A stretch of DNA of 59,971 nucleotides, filler included. It is 5 parts of 5 records of this genome, joined end to end, with 100 filler letters (N's around TTAATTAATTAA, not from the genome) between each part and the next. Parts side by side here need not be neighbours in the genome. Positions count along the whole stretch, not along the records: positions 1 to 22,621 come from DRR723986_5875; 4 more parts are not named here. One strand, written 5' to 3'. The notes under the pieces were generated by a model, which worked only from the letters and a program-made list of their open reading frames with translations, ran no database searches and was not told the origin of the DNA. The position numbers and the translations under genes were made by a program. Positions 10,448-22,000 of the stretch are shown in pieces (positions within the stretch are counted from its first letter, which is position 1; the number at the start of each line of letters is the position of its first letter).

Positions 10448-11539
10448 ATGAAGACTCGGACTCATTTGCGAGCTGCATTCACGCTTGTGGAGTTGCTCAC
10501 AGTCATCGCCATTATCGGCGTGCTTGTCGGAATCGTCGTCCCTGCAGTCATGTTTGCAAGGAAGTCGATTGCAGCAAGAGCAATCGCTATGGAGACATCT
10601 TCGCTGGCAGACGCGGTTACAAAATACGAACAGAAGTTTAATGATCTGCCGCCCGACGGTACCAATGCAGCGATCATCACTCGCCATCTGCAGAAAATCT
10701 TTCCGCAGATTGCCTCGTCGGAGCTGGCACTCATCAGCACGGTTTGCAACAACGCGACGCCAATGAACCCTTCACCCGTCGGTGTCATGGATCCGGCCGA
10801 AGCGGTCGTCTTCTTCCTTGGCGGGTATAGCGACAATCCTCAGTTTCCTATCTCTGGTGTTGGCGGTCCAATTTTCATCCTTAACACCAGCGGAGCGCAA
10901 GTAACCTCGGCAACCCCGGCTAATGAGATAGGCTCCATCCAGTACAACACGGATCGTAACTCTCCTTTCTACGAATTTAAGCAGGGGCAACTGTCCTTAA
11001 CGGTAAATGCCCAGGGGGCGACAGTATCCAACGATGAGTCGACGATTCTAGGGTTGGCAACTTCGTTCAACGATGTCATTCCTGTGTACAAGTTGAAAGG
11101 TCAAGAGACACCGTTTGTGTATTTTGACAGCCGCACATACAGCATTCCTAACAGCTCGGGAATGTTTTTCTCTCACTACACAACTCCGAATAATGGAGTT
11201 GCTCGCCCGTACCGATCGGCAAATTTGAACACACGGGTTGGTGCAGTCCCAGGCAATGCAGATGCATACTTCGAGTATGAGGAGCCAAAGGGGTTCCAGT
11301 TGCTCTCGGCTGGCTTAGATGACAATTTCGGCGGGATCCCATTTAACCCATCATCCGGTGGCGGCCCCGTGTTTTATCGGTTCCCGACTGGTGAGAGTAT
11401 CGACTTTGCTCCATTTCCATCGTCTGAACCGGCCGTCAGCGGCTTCGTTCGCTACCAGGATGCAACGGGAATCAGCACACAAGACGACAACACAGCCAAC
11501 TTTGCCGACGGGCCTCTAGGTGAGTCGTTGGATAACTAG
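10448..11539 (+). CDS. Prepilin-type (class III signal) protein, GspG-like, 363 aa
   Basis: Basic leader then A|FTLVELLTVIAIIGVLVGIVVPAV with E5; C-terminal FQLLSAGLDDNFG loop; GGAGG RBS. Confidence 0.85.
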   Translation: MKTRTHLRAAFTLVELLTVIAIIGVLVGIVVPAVMFARKSIAARAIAMETSSLADAVTKYEQKFNDLPPDGTNAAIITRHLQKIFPQIASSELALISTVCNNATPMNPSPVGVMDPAEAVVFFLGGYSDNPQFPISGVGGPIFILNTSGAQVTSATPANEIGSIQYNTDRNSPFYEFKQGQLSLTVNAQGATVSNDESTILGLATSFNDVIPVYKLKGQETPFVYFDSRTYSIPNSSGMFFSHYTTPNNGVARPYRSANLNTRVGAVPGNADAYFEYEEPKGFQLLSAGLDDNFGGIPFNPSSGGGPVFYRFPTGESIDFAPFPSSEPAVSGFVRYQDATGISTQDDNTANFADGPLGESLDN

Positions 11540-11561
11540 TTGCACTGACTTTGGAGACTAG

Positions 11562-11594
11562 CTTCGCACGGTTACATGTGGTGGCAGTGCGAAG
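11562..11594 (+). terminator. Stem-loop just downstream of the first pilin gene
   Basis: CTTCGCAC...GTGCGAAG 8-bp stem extendable with G-U pairs, 22 nt after the stop; U-tract is weak. Confidence 0.3.
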
Positions 11595-11733
11595 AGATTT
11601 TGGATCGGTGATATCGGCCCGCGAATGGGCTGGTCTGGTTTGGACTTTGCGAGGCAAACCCTCTCTGGCTTCAGCTTCTCCAGTCCATTCGACTTTGCAA
11701 ATCCATCAGAAACTCGCTAGTTTTTGCGTGCAT

Positions 11734-11749
11734 TGGCGTGCGGTTTGCA
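11734..11749 (+). promoter_or_regulatory. Sigma-54 (-24/-12) type promoter
   Basis: TGGCGTG-CGGT-TTGCA matches TGGCACG-N4-TTGCW with exact GG/GC spacing, ~100 nt upstream of the next prepilin ATG. Confidence 0.6.
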
Positions 11750-11849
11750 ACCTTTAATGAAGGCGGCCTTAGCAAGCTGTTTTTGTTCGTAATTGAGACT
11801 GCTGTCTCAAAATGAAACACCTTGCAAGCCTTGGAGGTTCCCAAGACTA

Positions 11850-13130
11850 ATGGACAGTTTTTTCAATAGTACAGACGAGCCAGCACAGTTCGGCGGATGT
11901 GATGGCGACCAGCGAATTGGTTTGCGTCGGCCCGGTTTTACGCTCGTAGAATTGCTGGTCGGCATATCGATTGTCGGTGTAATGGCTGGCATGGTGCTCT
12001 ACGCTTTGGCTGGAGCGCAGACCGACGCGAAGATTGCGCGTACTCGTGGCACCATTGAGAAAATCAATTCTGTAATTCTGCAGGAATGGGAGAGCTATCG
12101 TTACCGGGCTGCAAAAATCAACATTGATAACGATTTCCTTCGTCCGCAAGTTGCAACGGGGGGGCAGCCTGTCCTATCGGCCCGCGAGGGTGCTCGGTTG
12201 CGCATGATTGTTCTGCGTGATCTTATGCGGATGGAGATGCCTGACCGTTGGACCGACGTTCTTTATCCGCCAGTGGGTTACAAAGCCGCGCTCTTCACGC
12301 ATGATAATCCGGTGGATACCGGGAACGATGTAGCCTATTACGCAGGTAATTCTTTCGCGGCCCCGTCGGTAAGTCCTGGTGTGCGTCCCGTTCCGGCAAA
12401 GTTGAACATCTACCGAGCTGATCTGGGCACAGCCATCGGCGTAGGGGCATTATCGCCTTTTTCGAATCCAACCGCATTGCGAGTCAACGCGATTCCTGCT
12501 GCGGCTGCGCTTACACCCCTTGTCTATCAGAACCAAAGTGCCGAAACGCTGTACATGATCGTTGCTTCGGCGGACTATGCGGGTGGATCGGCCATGGAGG
12601 CGTTTGGTCCCAGTGAGATCGGCGACACAGACGAAGATGGGCTGTTTGAGTTCCTGGACGCCTGGGGAAACCCAATTGGCTGGATCCGCTGGCCAAGTGG
12701 CTACCAGAGTCCCCTGAACGCGCCACTTTGGAATCCGTCCGATTCAAACAACATTCCACCTGGGGAAACCGCGCCACGGCCGCCCAGCAATGCTGGGAAC
12801 TCGGATGCTCTCGATCCTTTACGTACGGATTGGCGTTGGTCGAATACGGCCTATCAATTCAAACCTTGGTTACTGGTGCCGCTGGTTGTTTCAGCGGGTC
12901 CGGATGAAGTCTACGACATACAGTTTGATATTTCGCTGCCTTACGCTGAACACGTCTGGGATGGAACACTCTCCCCGGCTCACAATAGCGATGGTCCGTA
13001 TTTCTATCCCGATCCGTACTTTGGGTCGTACGATAGGGCTACGGGGGCTTACACCGGTGGCGGAGTTGGTGCACAGCTTGGCAGTGGCGCCTCGGACAAC
13101 ATTACTAACTACAGCCTGATCTTGGATTAG
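11850..13130 (+). CDS. Prepilin-type protein, GspG-like, ~426 aa
   Basis: RRPG|FTLVELLVGISIVGVMAGMVL; DTDEDG...DAWGNP and VVSAGPD motifs; ATG 11850 follows GGAGG at 11833-11837. Confidence 0.85.
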   Translation: MDSFFNSTDEPAQFGGCDGDQRIGLRRPGFTLVELLVGISIVGVMAGMVLYALAGAQTDAKIARTRGTIEKINSVILQEWESYRYRAAKINIDNDFLRPQVATGGQPVLSAREGARLRMIVLRDLMRMEMPDRWTDVLYPPVGYKAALFTHDNPVDTGNDVAYYAGNSFAAPSVSPGVRPVPAKLNIYRADLGTAIGVGALSPFSNPTALRVNAIPAAAALTPLVYQNQSAETLYMIVASADYAGGSAMEAFGPSEIGDTDEDGLFEFLDAWGNPIGWIRWPSGYQSPLNAPLWNPSDSNNIPPGETAPRPPSNAGNSDALDPLRTDWRWSNTAYQFKPWLLVPLVVSAGPDEVYDIQFDISLPYAEHVWDGTLSPAHNSDGPYFYPDPYFGSYDRATGAYTGGGVGAQLGSGASDNITNYSLILD

Positions 13131-13144
13131 CGGAGGAGCATAGC

Positions 13145-14395
13145 ATGGTTTGCAACAAGACTTCCGCATTTCGTCGCGGCTTTACACTCGTTGAACTGTT
13201 AATTGTGATGGGGATTATTGTCCTTGTCGCAGCGGTCACTTTGCCGACGGTCAAGGGCCTGATTTCGGGTCAGAAGGTCGCACAGGCGTCCCAGATTGTT
13301 CGTACTTATATCGAGAGCGCAAAGTCTCGTGCGATCGCAACGGGACGTCCAGTTGCCGTTATTCTGGATCGGTCGCAGTACGCAGGTGATGGCGGGCTGG
13401 CTTCGGCGAATATGTGTATCCGTTTGTCAATTGGCGAGGTCTTTCCCGCCTACACCGGTGATTGGGCGGGTGCGAAAGGCTTTCTGGTTGATTCAGTGGC
13501 CACCGCCGAACACGAATCTGGATACGTCGACGCGATTCAGATACCGCTTGCTCAGGCAGCAAGCCTGATTGACTTTTCAACTTCGCCTCCTCAACCAACA
13601 TCAATGGTCCAAGCGGGAGACTTGATCGAAATCGGCGCGAGCCGCCGTAGGTATTTTGTGGCGGGCACCTCGTATGACGCTGCTACCTCAAGTGTTGTGG
13701 TTAGCTTCAATAACCCCTCGGAGACGACTACCGGCGTACCGATGGTTGAAGGCCAAGCGATACTTGAACCAGTTACTGAGCCTCAGAGTTTCCGGATATA
13801 CCGCCGCCCCTCCAAGTCACTTGCTGGCGGTGTTTCGCTGCCACGGGGGACTTGCATTGATCTGAATTTTTCAGGTTTCGGTCTCAGCGGTCGTCAATTC
13901 AGCACGGATGCAGTTCACTCGACCTCTTCGGCGCCGCAGCCCAACTATCCGCCTGATTGGCCACCTACAAGCGTCGATGACAATTGGAATTTCGGGCCGA
14001 TCTACATCATCTTTGACTCGACAGGCCAGGTAAGCGGCTGGTTCTTTCAGAATCGGGCCTTCAGCGTTGCAAGCCCACAGTTGCAGCGGGGATATCCAGG
14101 CGGATTGGTGCATTTGTTGATTGGAGAAACAGACCAAATGGCTGCTGTTTCGCCACTGCTTGATATGGGTGCGAGCGCAATGGTTAACACGGAAGACTTC
14201 AAAACCAATCTGATGGACGACGACAATATCTGGGTCACGATCAACCCATACAACGGTTCGGTGACTACTAGCCAGGTGCAGTCTGCGGAGTCACCGCTGC
14301 CGGGGCTGTTCGCGGCCGGTTCGCTCGACTCACGTCTTGCACAAGCCAGAGCACTGGCGACGAATCAATTGCAATCACAGGCTGCGGTTGAATAG
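13145..14395 (+). CDS. Prepilin-type minor pilin, FimT/GspH-like, 416 aa
   Basis: RRG|FTLVELLIVMGIIVLVAAVTLP; AKSRAIATGRPVAV resembles the FimT/GspH ARS.AI...V.V segment; LPRG and IIFDSTG motifs. Confidence 0.8.
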   Translation: MVCNKTSAFRRGFTLVELLIVMGIIVLVAAVTLPTVKGLISGQKVAQASQIVRTYIESAKSRAIATGRPVAVILDRSQYAGDGGLASANMCIRLSIGEVFPAYTGDWAGAKGFLVDSVATAEHESGYVDAIQIPLAQAASLIDFSTSPPQPTSMVQAGDLIEIGASRRRYFVAGTSYDAATSSVVVSFNNPSETTTGVPMVEGQAILEPVTEPQSFRIYRRPSKSLAGGVSLPRGTCIDLNFSGFGLSGRQFSTDAVHSTSSAPQPNYPPDWPPTSVDDNWNFGPIYIIFDSTGQVSGWFFQNRAFSVASPQLQRGYPGGLVHLLIGETDQMAAVSPLLDMGASAMVNTEDFKTNLMDDDNIWVTINPYNGSVTTSQVQSAESPLPGLFAAGSLDSRLAQARALATNQLQSQAAVE

Positions 14396-14446
14396 TTCCG
14401 ACAACTAGACAGAACTGAAATCGTAGACACGAGTTGGTGTTGAAAT

Positions 14447-15925
14447 ATGAGCCTAATAAATTCAAGAACCTGGAGACGGCGAAGCATCGCATGCCGTCGC
14501 GGCGTGACCGTGGCGGAGGTGCTTTTTGCCACCGGTATTGCGGTAGCTGGCATGCTGGGGATCGCTTCCCTGCTGCTAATCGCTGGACGCAATGCGTCGC
14601 AGTCAAATCGATCCGTTGAGACGCAAGCGTTGGCCGACAAATGGTACAACGAATTGCTTACGCGGGACATGAATAATCCAGGCAACTGGATTTGGTACCA
14701 GGACTATTCGTTTGCGATTCCTGGTACGACTGTTCCTCCAGGGCTTAAGCAGTTTGGTAAGCTCCAATACTCTGCTGTACCAGCCGGTCGATCGACTCAT
14801 TCTACCGGTTCACTCGATGGCGTTAGTATCAGACCGGCAGGCAAGCAAAGTGTATGTATCGATCCCTGGTTTTACTCGGAACGAAACTTGCGTTCCCAGA
14901 TGCCAATTTACAATTCTGGATCTAACTCATCCTGGTATCGTCCTGCCGTCTTTCCGTACTACCAGGATGGTTTCAATCCACTAACGGACTCAGCCTATGC
15001 AAATGCCACTACGACTGGGCTTGCGTGGCGGGACCAGCCGCGGATGATCCGGGCCACCTTTGGCACACCTGCTGATCCGACCGTGCCGGACGTGACACTC
15101 AACAACGCTATTGGTGAGAAGTTCCTCGCTTCTATGTTCACATCGAACAACGAAATGAGTCTTCTGGTGGATGATGACGACAAGACTGTTGCTCCGCAGC
15201 GTGGATTCTTTCAGATGCCAAACGCGGCAGGGACTGCGATGGTACCAGCCCAGGCTGCATACAATCCAAGCTACAGTTGGATGGCAACTCTTTCCCCGCT
15301 CGAGGAACAGAATTCTACGTCGGAGGATTATTACACACTGTCGCTGATGGTGATCCACCAGAGGGATCGCCAGATGTTTGTTCCGACCGAGCGTGTGGCT
15401 GGTGACCTTCCCAATCCGGAAGCCAAGCCCGCCGGCGAACGAACAACTTGGATCTTTCCGTTGTCTGGCAATTTCACCGGCGGCAGTGGCGGTCGTGTAC
15501 GAATCATTGGTTCGACCGGCGTAAGTGACTCTGTCAACGTCGGCGACTGGATCATGCTTTCCAGAAATGTTCGTGGTACCTGGGGTGGAGGTCATCCGAT
15601 CCAGAACTACTCAGTCTTTCGCTGGTACAGAGTCATTGGAGCCGATTTGGAATCGAAAATTGGTTCAGCGAGTCCCGCCTATGGTTCTAGTGACCCCTTT
15701 GGAAACTTGATCGAATCAGAAGAACTTTGGTCTCGCGATGTGATTCTCGATGGACCTGATTGGCAGTTTTTCGATGAAGTCAGTGGTTCGACCGGTCAGA
15801 TTTATCCAGTTCTGTCTACAACAGCAACAAGTGCGTTTCCCGCACCTACCACTGGCACACTCATTTCTGGTCTCATCGCTGTGCATGAACGGGTTATACG
15901 TGTTCCGTCAGCATTGGATTTTTAG
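14447..15925 (+). CDS. Prepilin-type minor pilin, PilV/GspI-like, 492 aa
   Basis: RRG|VTVAEVLFATGIAVAGMLGIASLL: E5 plus the G.LG pattern typical of PilV N-termini. Confidence 0.75.
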   Translation: MSLINSRTWRRRSIACRRGVTVAEVLFATGIAVAGMLGIASLLLIAGRNASQSNRSVETQALADKWYNELLTRDMNNPGNWIWYQDYSFAIPGTTVPPGLKQFGKLQYSAVPAGRSTHSTGSLDGVSIRPAGKQSVCIDPWFYSERNLRSQMPIYNSGSNSSWYRPAVFPYYQDGFNPLTDSAYANATTTGLAWRDQPRMIRATFGTPADPTVPDVTLNNAIGEKFLASMFTSNNEMSLLVDDDDKTVAPQRGFFQMPNAAGTAMVPAQAAYNPSYSWMATLSPLEEQNSTSEDYYTLSLMVIHQRDRQMFVPTERVAGDLPNPEAKPAGERTTWIFPLSGNFTGGSGGRVRIIGSTGVSDSVNVGDWIMLSRNVRGTWGGGHPIQNYSVFRWYRVIGADLESKIGSASPAYGSSDPFGNLIESEELWSRDVILDGPDWQFFDEVSGSTGQIYPVLSTTATSAFPAPTTGTLISGLIAVHERVIRVPSALDF

Positions 15926-16046
15926 AGATTTTTTTCAGCGGCGACACTTGTCCACTGCTGTTATTGCTTGAGCTGCAACTCGGGCTCAAGTGCCTTTTCA
16001 TATTGTTGGATCGCGAGCGGCATACTCGCGGATTTTGGAGCTTATC

Positions 16047-19000
16047 ATGAAGAACATTCGACGCACACGGAAAGGGCTGATCCTTCTGGTTGTCCTTGGA
16101 ATGTTGAGTTTGTTCAGTCTGCTCGCCGTTTCCTACATGGTTGTGTCTAGCCAGTCGCGGTCGGCTAACTTTGGCCGCGCACGGCAAGATTTCCGGGGGA
16201 CCGATCCAGCCAAGTTATTGGACGAGGCAATCCGACAAGTTGTCCGAGGCTCTAACGACACGCAATCTGTTCTTTGGCGCAATAGCCTTCTTGGGGATTT
16301 GTACGGCAATGCAGTCCGCGGGTCGCAATCAACATCAGGCAATAGCACATCGCAATTCGAGAATTCTGACGGTGCCAAGACGATTCGCGCCCGACGTCGC
16401 ACCGGAACGACCGCTGCCGACGTGCGGCGAGATTTCGTGCCGCGCCGAGCCACGATGACGACCATGAATTGGCTGCCTAATGCTGCCCAGATGCTCTACG
16501 CGAATATTGGGTCGCCCGAAGCTCCGCAGATTCTAGGTGGTAGGTTCCTACGGATTCCACTTGATTGGGATTTTGACCTGCCTCGCCAGCATGATGCGTG
16601 GAATGGTCGAGTCGTCACGTTTATGCAGGGGCCGTTACAGGGCGAATCATTTCGCGTCCTGCGTTACATCGGAGAGGTCGAGCGTTTAGATGAGATACCC
16701 ACGACAGGAGCGACTCCTGCACCTATCCAACGCCCAGGACACTTGGTTGAGCGGGCATCTCAGTATTCGATCACGATCGACTTAGCAAAGGTCCAGCAGC
16801 GATATATCACGATCGGTGGCACTCGATTTGATTTCGCTTCCTGGGTGGCGAGCAACACGTCCGGCGCAGCTCTGTGCTATGCGGACGACTTCGTGAGCTC
16901 TGGTGGGTCGTTCACGTCGTACTCGGCTTACAACATGCACCTCAATTCTGGAGAGCAGAATTCCTATGGTCCTGGCTTTCGGTCTCCGTCAGTTTCGCAG
17001 ACGATGGGCAACTTTGCTGCAATCCCAGCATTGAACCATTTGGCGGCCCCTAACAATCTGTTTCCGCCGGACTCGAGCACGCAAGTCTATCGCAGCTTGG
17101 CAGTCAATTTAGCCTTCAATTGGGCTCATATTGCCAGGGCGAATGGCAATATCACAGGTTACGGTCTTATCACGCCCGGTACAGGAACGACTCCGCCGGT
17201 CTTTGGGCTCTTGGGCGATGCAGACGAGAGCTATGACGCTGCGGACCAAAACAATCCAGCTCTCGCGTTTATTCATCCAAGTGGGAGTACTAATCCGTCA
17301 GACAACATCATCCCCTCGTTCCACCGTCCAGCGTTGGTGAATCATATTTATCAGCGAGTTAACTCAGCCAATCCGATTCGGGGAACCTCGTTTGAGCTGA
17401 TTGATCTGATATCCACCATCGAACTGATTCAACGAGCCTGTGGCCGACCGCTAAGCTGGCGGATCGACAACGTGCCTCCAGGCGTTTCGGCCAGCGGTGT
17501 CCTAGCGAATAATCCTGGCTTTGACGGTTCGAACGACGGCGAGTACTCGACAAGCACATACGTCGGAACGCCTCAGCTTGTAATTAACTGGGCGCAATGG
17601 GGCGACACGAACCAGTCGGAGCAAGATAGTTTTGAAAACTGGATTCGTTGGCTCACTCGTGGACCGTACGACGTTGATACCGATGGTAATGGCTTCGCGG
17701 AAAGCGTATGGACAGATATCAACCTGCCGTTGATGACATCTCGTGAAGGCAAGTTGCTGAAAGCTCTGGCTGCGTTTTATATCGAAGACCTAGGTGGGCG
17801 AATTGACATCAATCGTTCAGGGAGTTTGCAACAAGCGTTGGCTGGTCACGATGACTTCACCGCAGATTCTGCAATCAGCTTCCGTCCAAACAATCAATTG
17901 CCACAAGGTCTCGGCTTTGATACGGCCGACATTAGCCTTAGGCATCTGTTTGGCGGCGATGTAGACCTAACGGTTCCGTTGGACGTAAATGATATAGAAC
18001 ACCTGAACTTCATGCGTAGCAGATATGCTCCGGCGGGAACTCTGAATGCCAGTATGATGAACTATTGGCCCGGAGATCAATCGAATGATCTGAGGAGCCT
18101 GTGGGCGGAACGTAATCTTGCCGCCGTCACAAATCCATTTAGTCTGCCTGGGTTTCCAATGTCACGCGTTGGGCGAGCCGGGATATCTGTCGATTTGTTG
18201 GGCAATCCAGTCCTTTACGAAGAGGCCCTTGCAGCGAATCACGCAAATCAGGTCGTGAACGACCCTTATGAGCTGGGCAGGCTAGACAGCCCCTACACGA
18301 TTGCAGAATGGGAGCGGCTGGAGCGGCTTTCAGATCCGGATCGAACGCACTTACCAAGGCGACTCGAAGACTGGGTGTTTACTGCCACCACACCGGTTGG
18401 TGAGCGAGAACCGCTCGACCGCCGCAATGTGGGGCGCGCGCTTTCACCGCGAAACATTGCAATGCAATTCCCGCGTTCGGCGCAGACTTACACTACGCGT
18501 TATGAGTTTCCTGCGACTGGCGCTAATCCTGCGTTTACCCAAGATGAAAATCATCGCGTTACGACATTCACCGAATTGGTTGAAGCCATGTCGCAACAGC
18601 GATGGGCACTGAACGCCGCGGAGACATTGCCTCGTCACAGTCGCTCCGTCGTTGCGCAACTGTTTCCACTTGAGTTCAAGCAGAATTTACCGCTTGATCT
18701 AAACCGCCCGTTTGGCAATGGTTTCGACGATGACGGTGACGGTCAAATTGACGAAGCCGACGAGCTGGCCAGCCATGGATTGGACGACACCGACGATGGA
18801 ATGGGCAATACACAATTTGGGGTCGACGATGACGGTGATGGCGTAATTGATAACCGCCATGAAGTTGATGAATCAGCGGAATTTGCCCGTGCCACTCACC
18901 AACGAGCAACGAATATAAACGCAACAGGAACGGGACTTGTTGAGACAGGGATCGTCGATGCAACTACATTCACTGGTGAGGTTGCACCGGAGGATGTTAC

Positions 19001-22000
19001 TGACCTCTCTATCCTATACTCCAACCCTGAATCACAGCTTACCTCTAATGCGGCAGGGCAACCCAATGTTGGGCTTTACGATCCTGGCTTCAGAGATTTT
19101 GTCAACGACGCGGCGACCAGCATAACGAACAACAATGATCGCCGACTTGCGATACGGCAGTTCAATGGCGACCAGTCACGTCAGTTGCTTGCCCGGCATC
19201 TGTATTGTCTAGCGCAATTGATTCTGCCCGACACTTACGTCTTCGCCAATTCGGATGGAACGGCGCACGCCTATGGAACTTTGCAACGTGCGAGATTCCT
19301 GGCCCAGTGGGCAGTCAACGTCGTCGACTTCCGCGATGCGGATCACAACATGACTCGCTTCTGTTTTGATCCCGATCCTTTCGGCCGAAGCGGTGGTACC
19401 CTTGGTTGGGAACCAGATCCTGATCTTGTTGTTTTTGGCCACGAATCTCCAGATCTCCTGATAACGGAATCATTCGCGTTTCACGATTCGCGAATATCGC
19501 CGAACGTTCAGCCTATCCGCCCCGGTTCCCAGCAGAGGGAGTTCGTACGCGACGTTTGGCGACAAATACGACTTCCGGAAGGCAGTCTTTTTCTCGAGTT
19601 CTTCTGCCCTCGAGGCACGGTTGACAATGCACAAGCAATTTCCCGACCTGTTGGTTCGACCGGAAATCGCCAGTATTGGAACGCGACGGGCGGGCTAAAT
19701 CTGAGTATGGTCACGCCAGCAGATTATGCCGGTGTGTCATATCCCGTTTGGCGGTTGATGATGACTGCACCTCAGGCTGTAGGAAATACGCTTTTCGACC
19801 AGTACAAAGATCCTACTCAGCGAATCAATCTGAGCTATCAGACTGCCGAGCCGGCGGGGCAAATGTGGAACGGTTCGCCCGGCAATAATCCGATCTTCGA
19901 TCGGGTCGTGTGGTTTACGAATGATCTGTTGACGCCATCAACAAACAATCTTTGCGAGCCAGACAATAGCAATTTCACTCTCAACAGCTTGTTCAGAATG
20001 CCGGGCTGGACCAATCCGATGACGCCGGACAATCGTTCGTTGTCGATCCCCCGTGGGCAGTATTTGGTTGTTGGCCCCCGAGCAGAAACTTTCATCGGGC
20101 AGCAGCAGCCGCGAAATCCAGATGCAATGGCGCCGTTGGACGAGGACATCTTGCCCGACAGCGGGCTCTCGTACCCACAGCTTTGGCAACCGAGTGAACA
20201 ATCGATTGAGTTATCTGGTCAGGTGACCCTCAATGGATTTGGTGCAACGAGCGTTACAGCCCCAGCGTCCTCTGTAGCTATTCTCCAGTCCCACAACGCG
20301 GTGACGGGGGCTGGTTGGACCGGTTTCCATAGCGGGCTTAGTGTTTCAGAGCCTTTCCCGAATGCCTACTACGAGCCACCTACAGACTACATTTCCAATG
20401 CCCCAATGACCGGGTTCCCAAATCGTGATGGTTATGTCAATCGCTCTGCTGACGCGTTTGCATCCTCGAGTGTCGATGTCCAGGACATCACTGTCGGCCC
20501 GCTAGCAAGCGGCTGGGAAACGGACGACGAAGGAACTGGGAATCCGGTTCGTCCCAAATTCCAGACCCGACTGAACTGGAGCAACGTGGTTCTTCAGCGG
20601 CTTGCGAATCCAGATCGACCATGGCACGAAGAATTGAATCCTTACATAACACAGGATTGGATGCCGATCGACCTTACGGTATTCTCCGGTGAAGTAAGCG
20701 ATTTCGAAGTTGCAGATGCTCTTAATCACCATCGAATTCGTTCAATTCGGCGTCCAGACCTAGCAAACCAAGACGATAGCAACACGCCCGAGAACGAGCA
20801 GATGCCCGTCGACGATCCTGCCACGATGGCGATCGACGAGAGTATTCCTACGTTTAGATTTAACTCACGCCAAAAGACTGGGGCCGCTGTTGGCATCGCG
20901 CAGTCAATTGATCTATCAGCGATCACACTCGGATCGGCGACGATGACGACATTTGGCGATGTTCCGTTGCGGGCTGGGCGTACATTCTTCTCGTATCATA
21001 CGGAGAACCCGTATACGAACGACTGGGTCGACCAAACGACTAACTTCGATTTTGAATGGGCCTTTCAGACTAATCTCAATCAGGCCCGATTGTCGTTCAA
21101 CTCAACGGGCAGTGTTTACGAACATTCCGCTCGTTGGATGACTCTGGGAGACTTGAATTCTCGGTTTGGGCTGTTGGGGGCCGAAACCACAACGCCCGCA
21201 GTTCCAGCTTACCCCAGAGCACCGCTCAATGTGGTGCGGAGCGGAGCGAACGATTTGGAGTTTGCCCCAAGTGCTCCGGTCGTGTTGAATCGTGATTTTG
21301 TGAACTCGTACGAGTTGCTGTCAGTGCTGGCCTCGGCACCGGGGCGGATGATGCAGGAATTCACTGCAGAAAACCCTGGTATGGCCGCCGTAGATACTCA
21401 TTTGATGGATTTCGAGATGAGTCGCGGTGCAAATGGTAGTTTATCCGCGGCTGAAAAATCTGGTGGTGCTTTCTTTGAGCTGGTCGATGTTCGCAACGCA
21501 TGGGCGGACACCGTTGAAATGCTCAATCCTGCAGTTGCTGGCTACGAACGGAGTCTTCGGACAACTGGGACTGGAGCAATCTCACTCGCGGATCAGATGC
21601 GGCATGTCGTTATGTCTCCGTACCGAGCTCCTTTCAACCGCATCCCAACATATGTTCAGCCTGGACGAATTAACCTAAATACGATTGCCAATCCCGCGTC
21701 CTATCGGGCATTGATGTGGAATGCAATTACTCCACGATCAAGCAGAAATGCCGCGGGCGCGACTTTGTACGAAACTGAATTGAACGATGTTCGTCGACGC
21801 TATACGTCAGCCACTGCTCTGCCTTTGGGGAATCCTCACCTTGCCGATGCGTTCGCGAACCAGTTTCCTGGCGCACTGCGAAGTCCGTTTTCCGCCGCAG
21901 TGGCACCGATCACTACGATGCAATTGCAAAATTCTATTGATGCGACGCTGCTGAGAACTGATGAAGCGACTCCTCAACTGAGGGCGGTTGCCGCCGGAGC

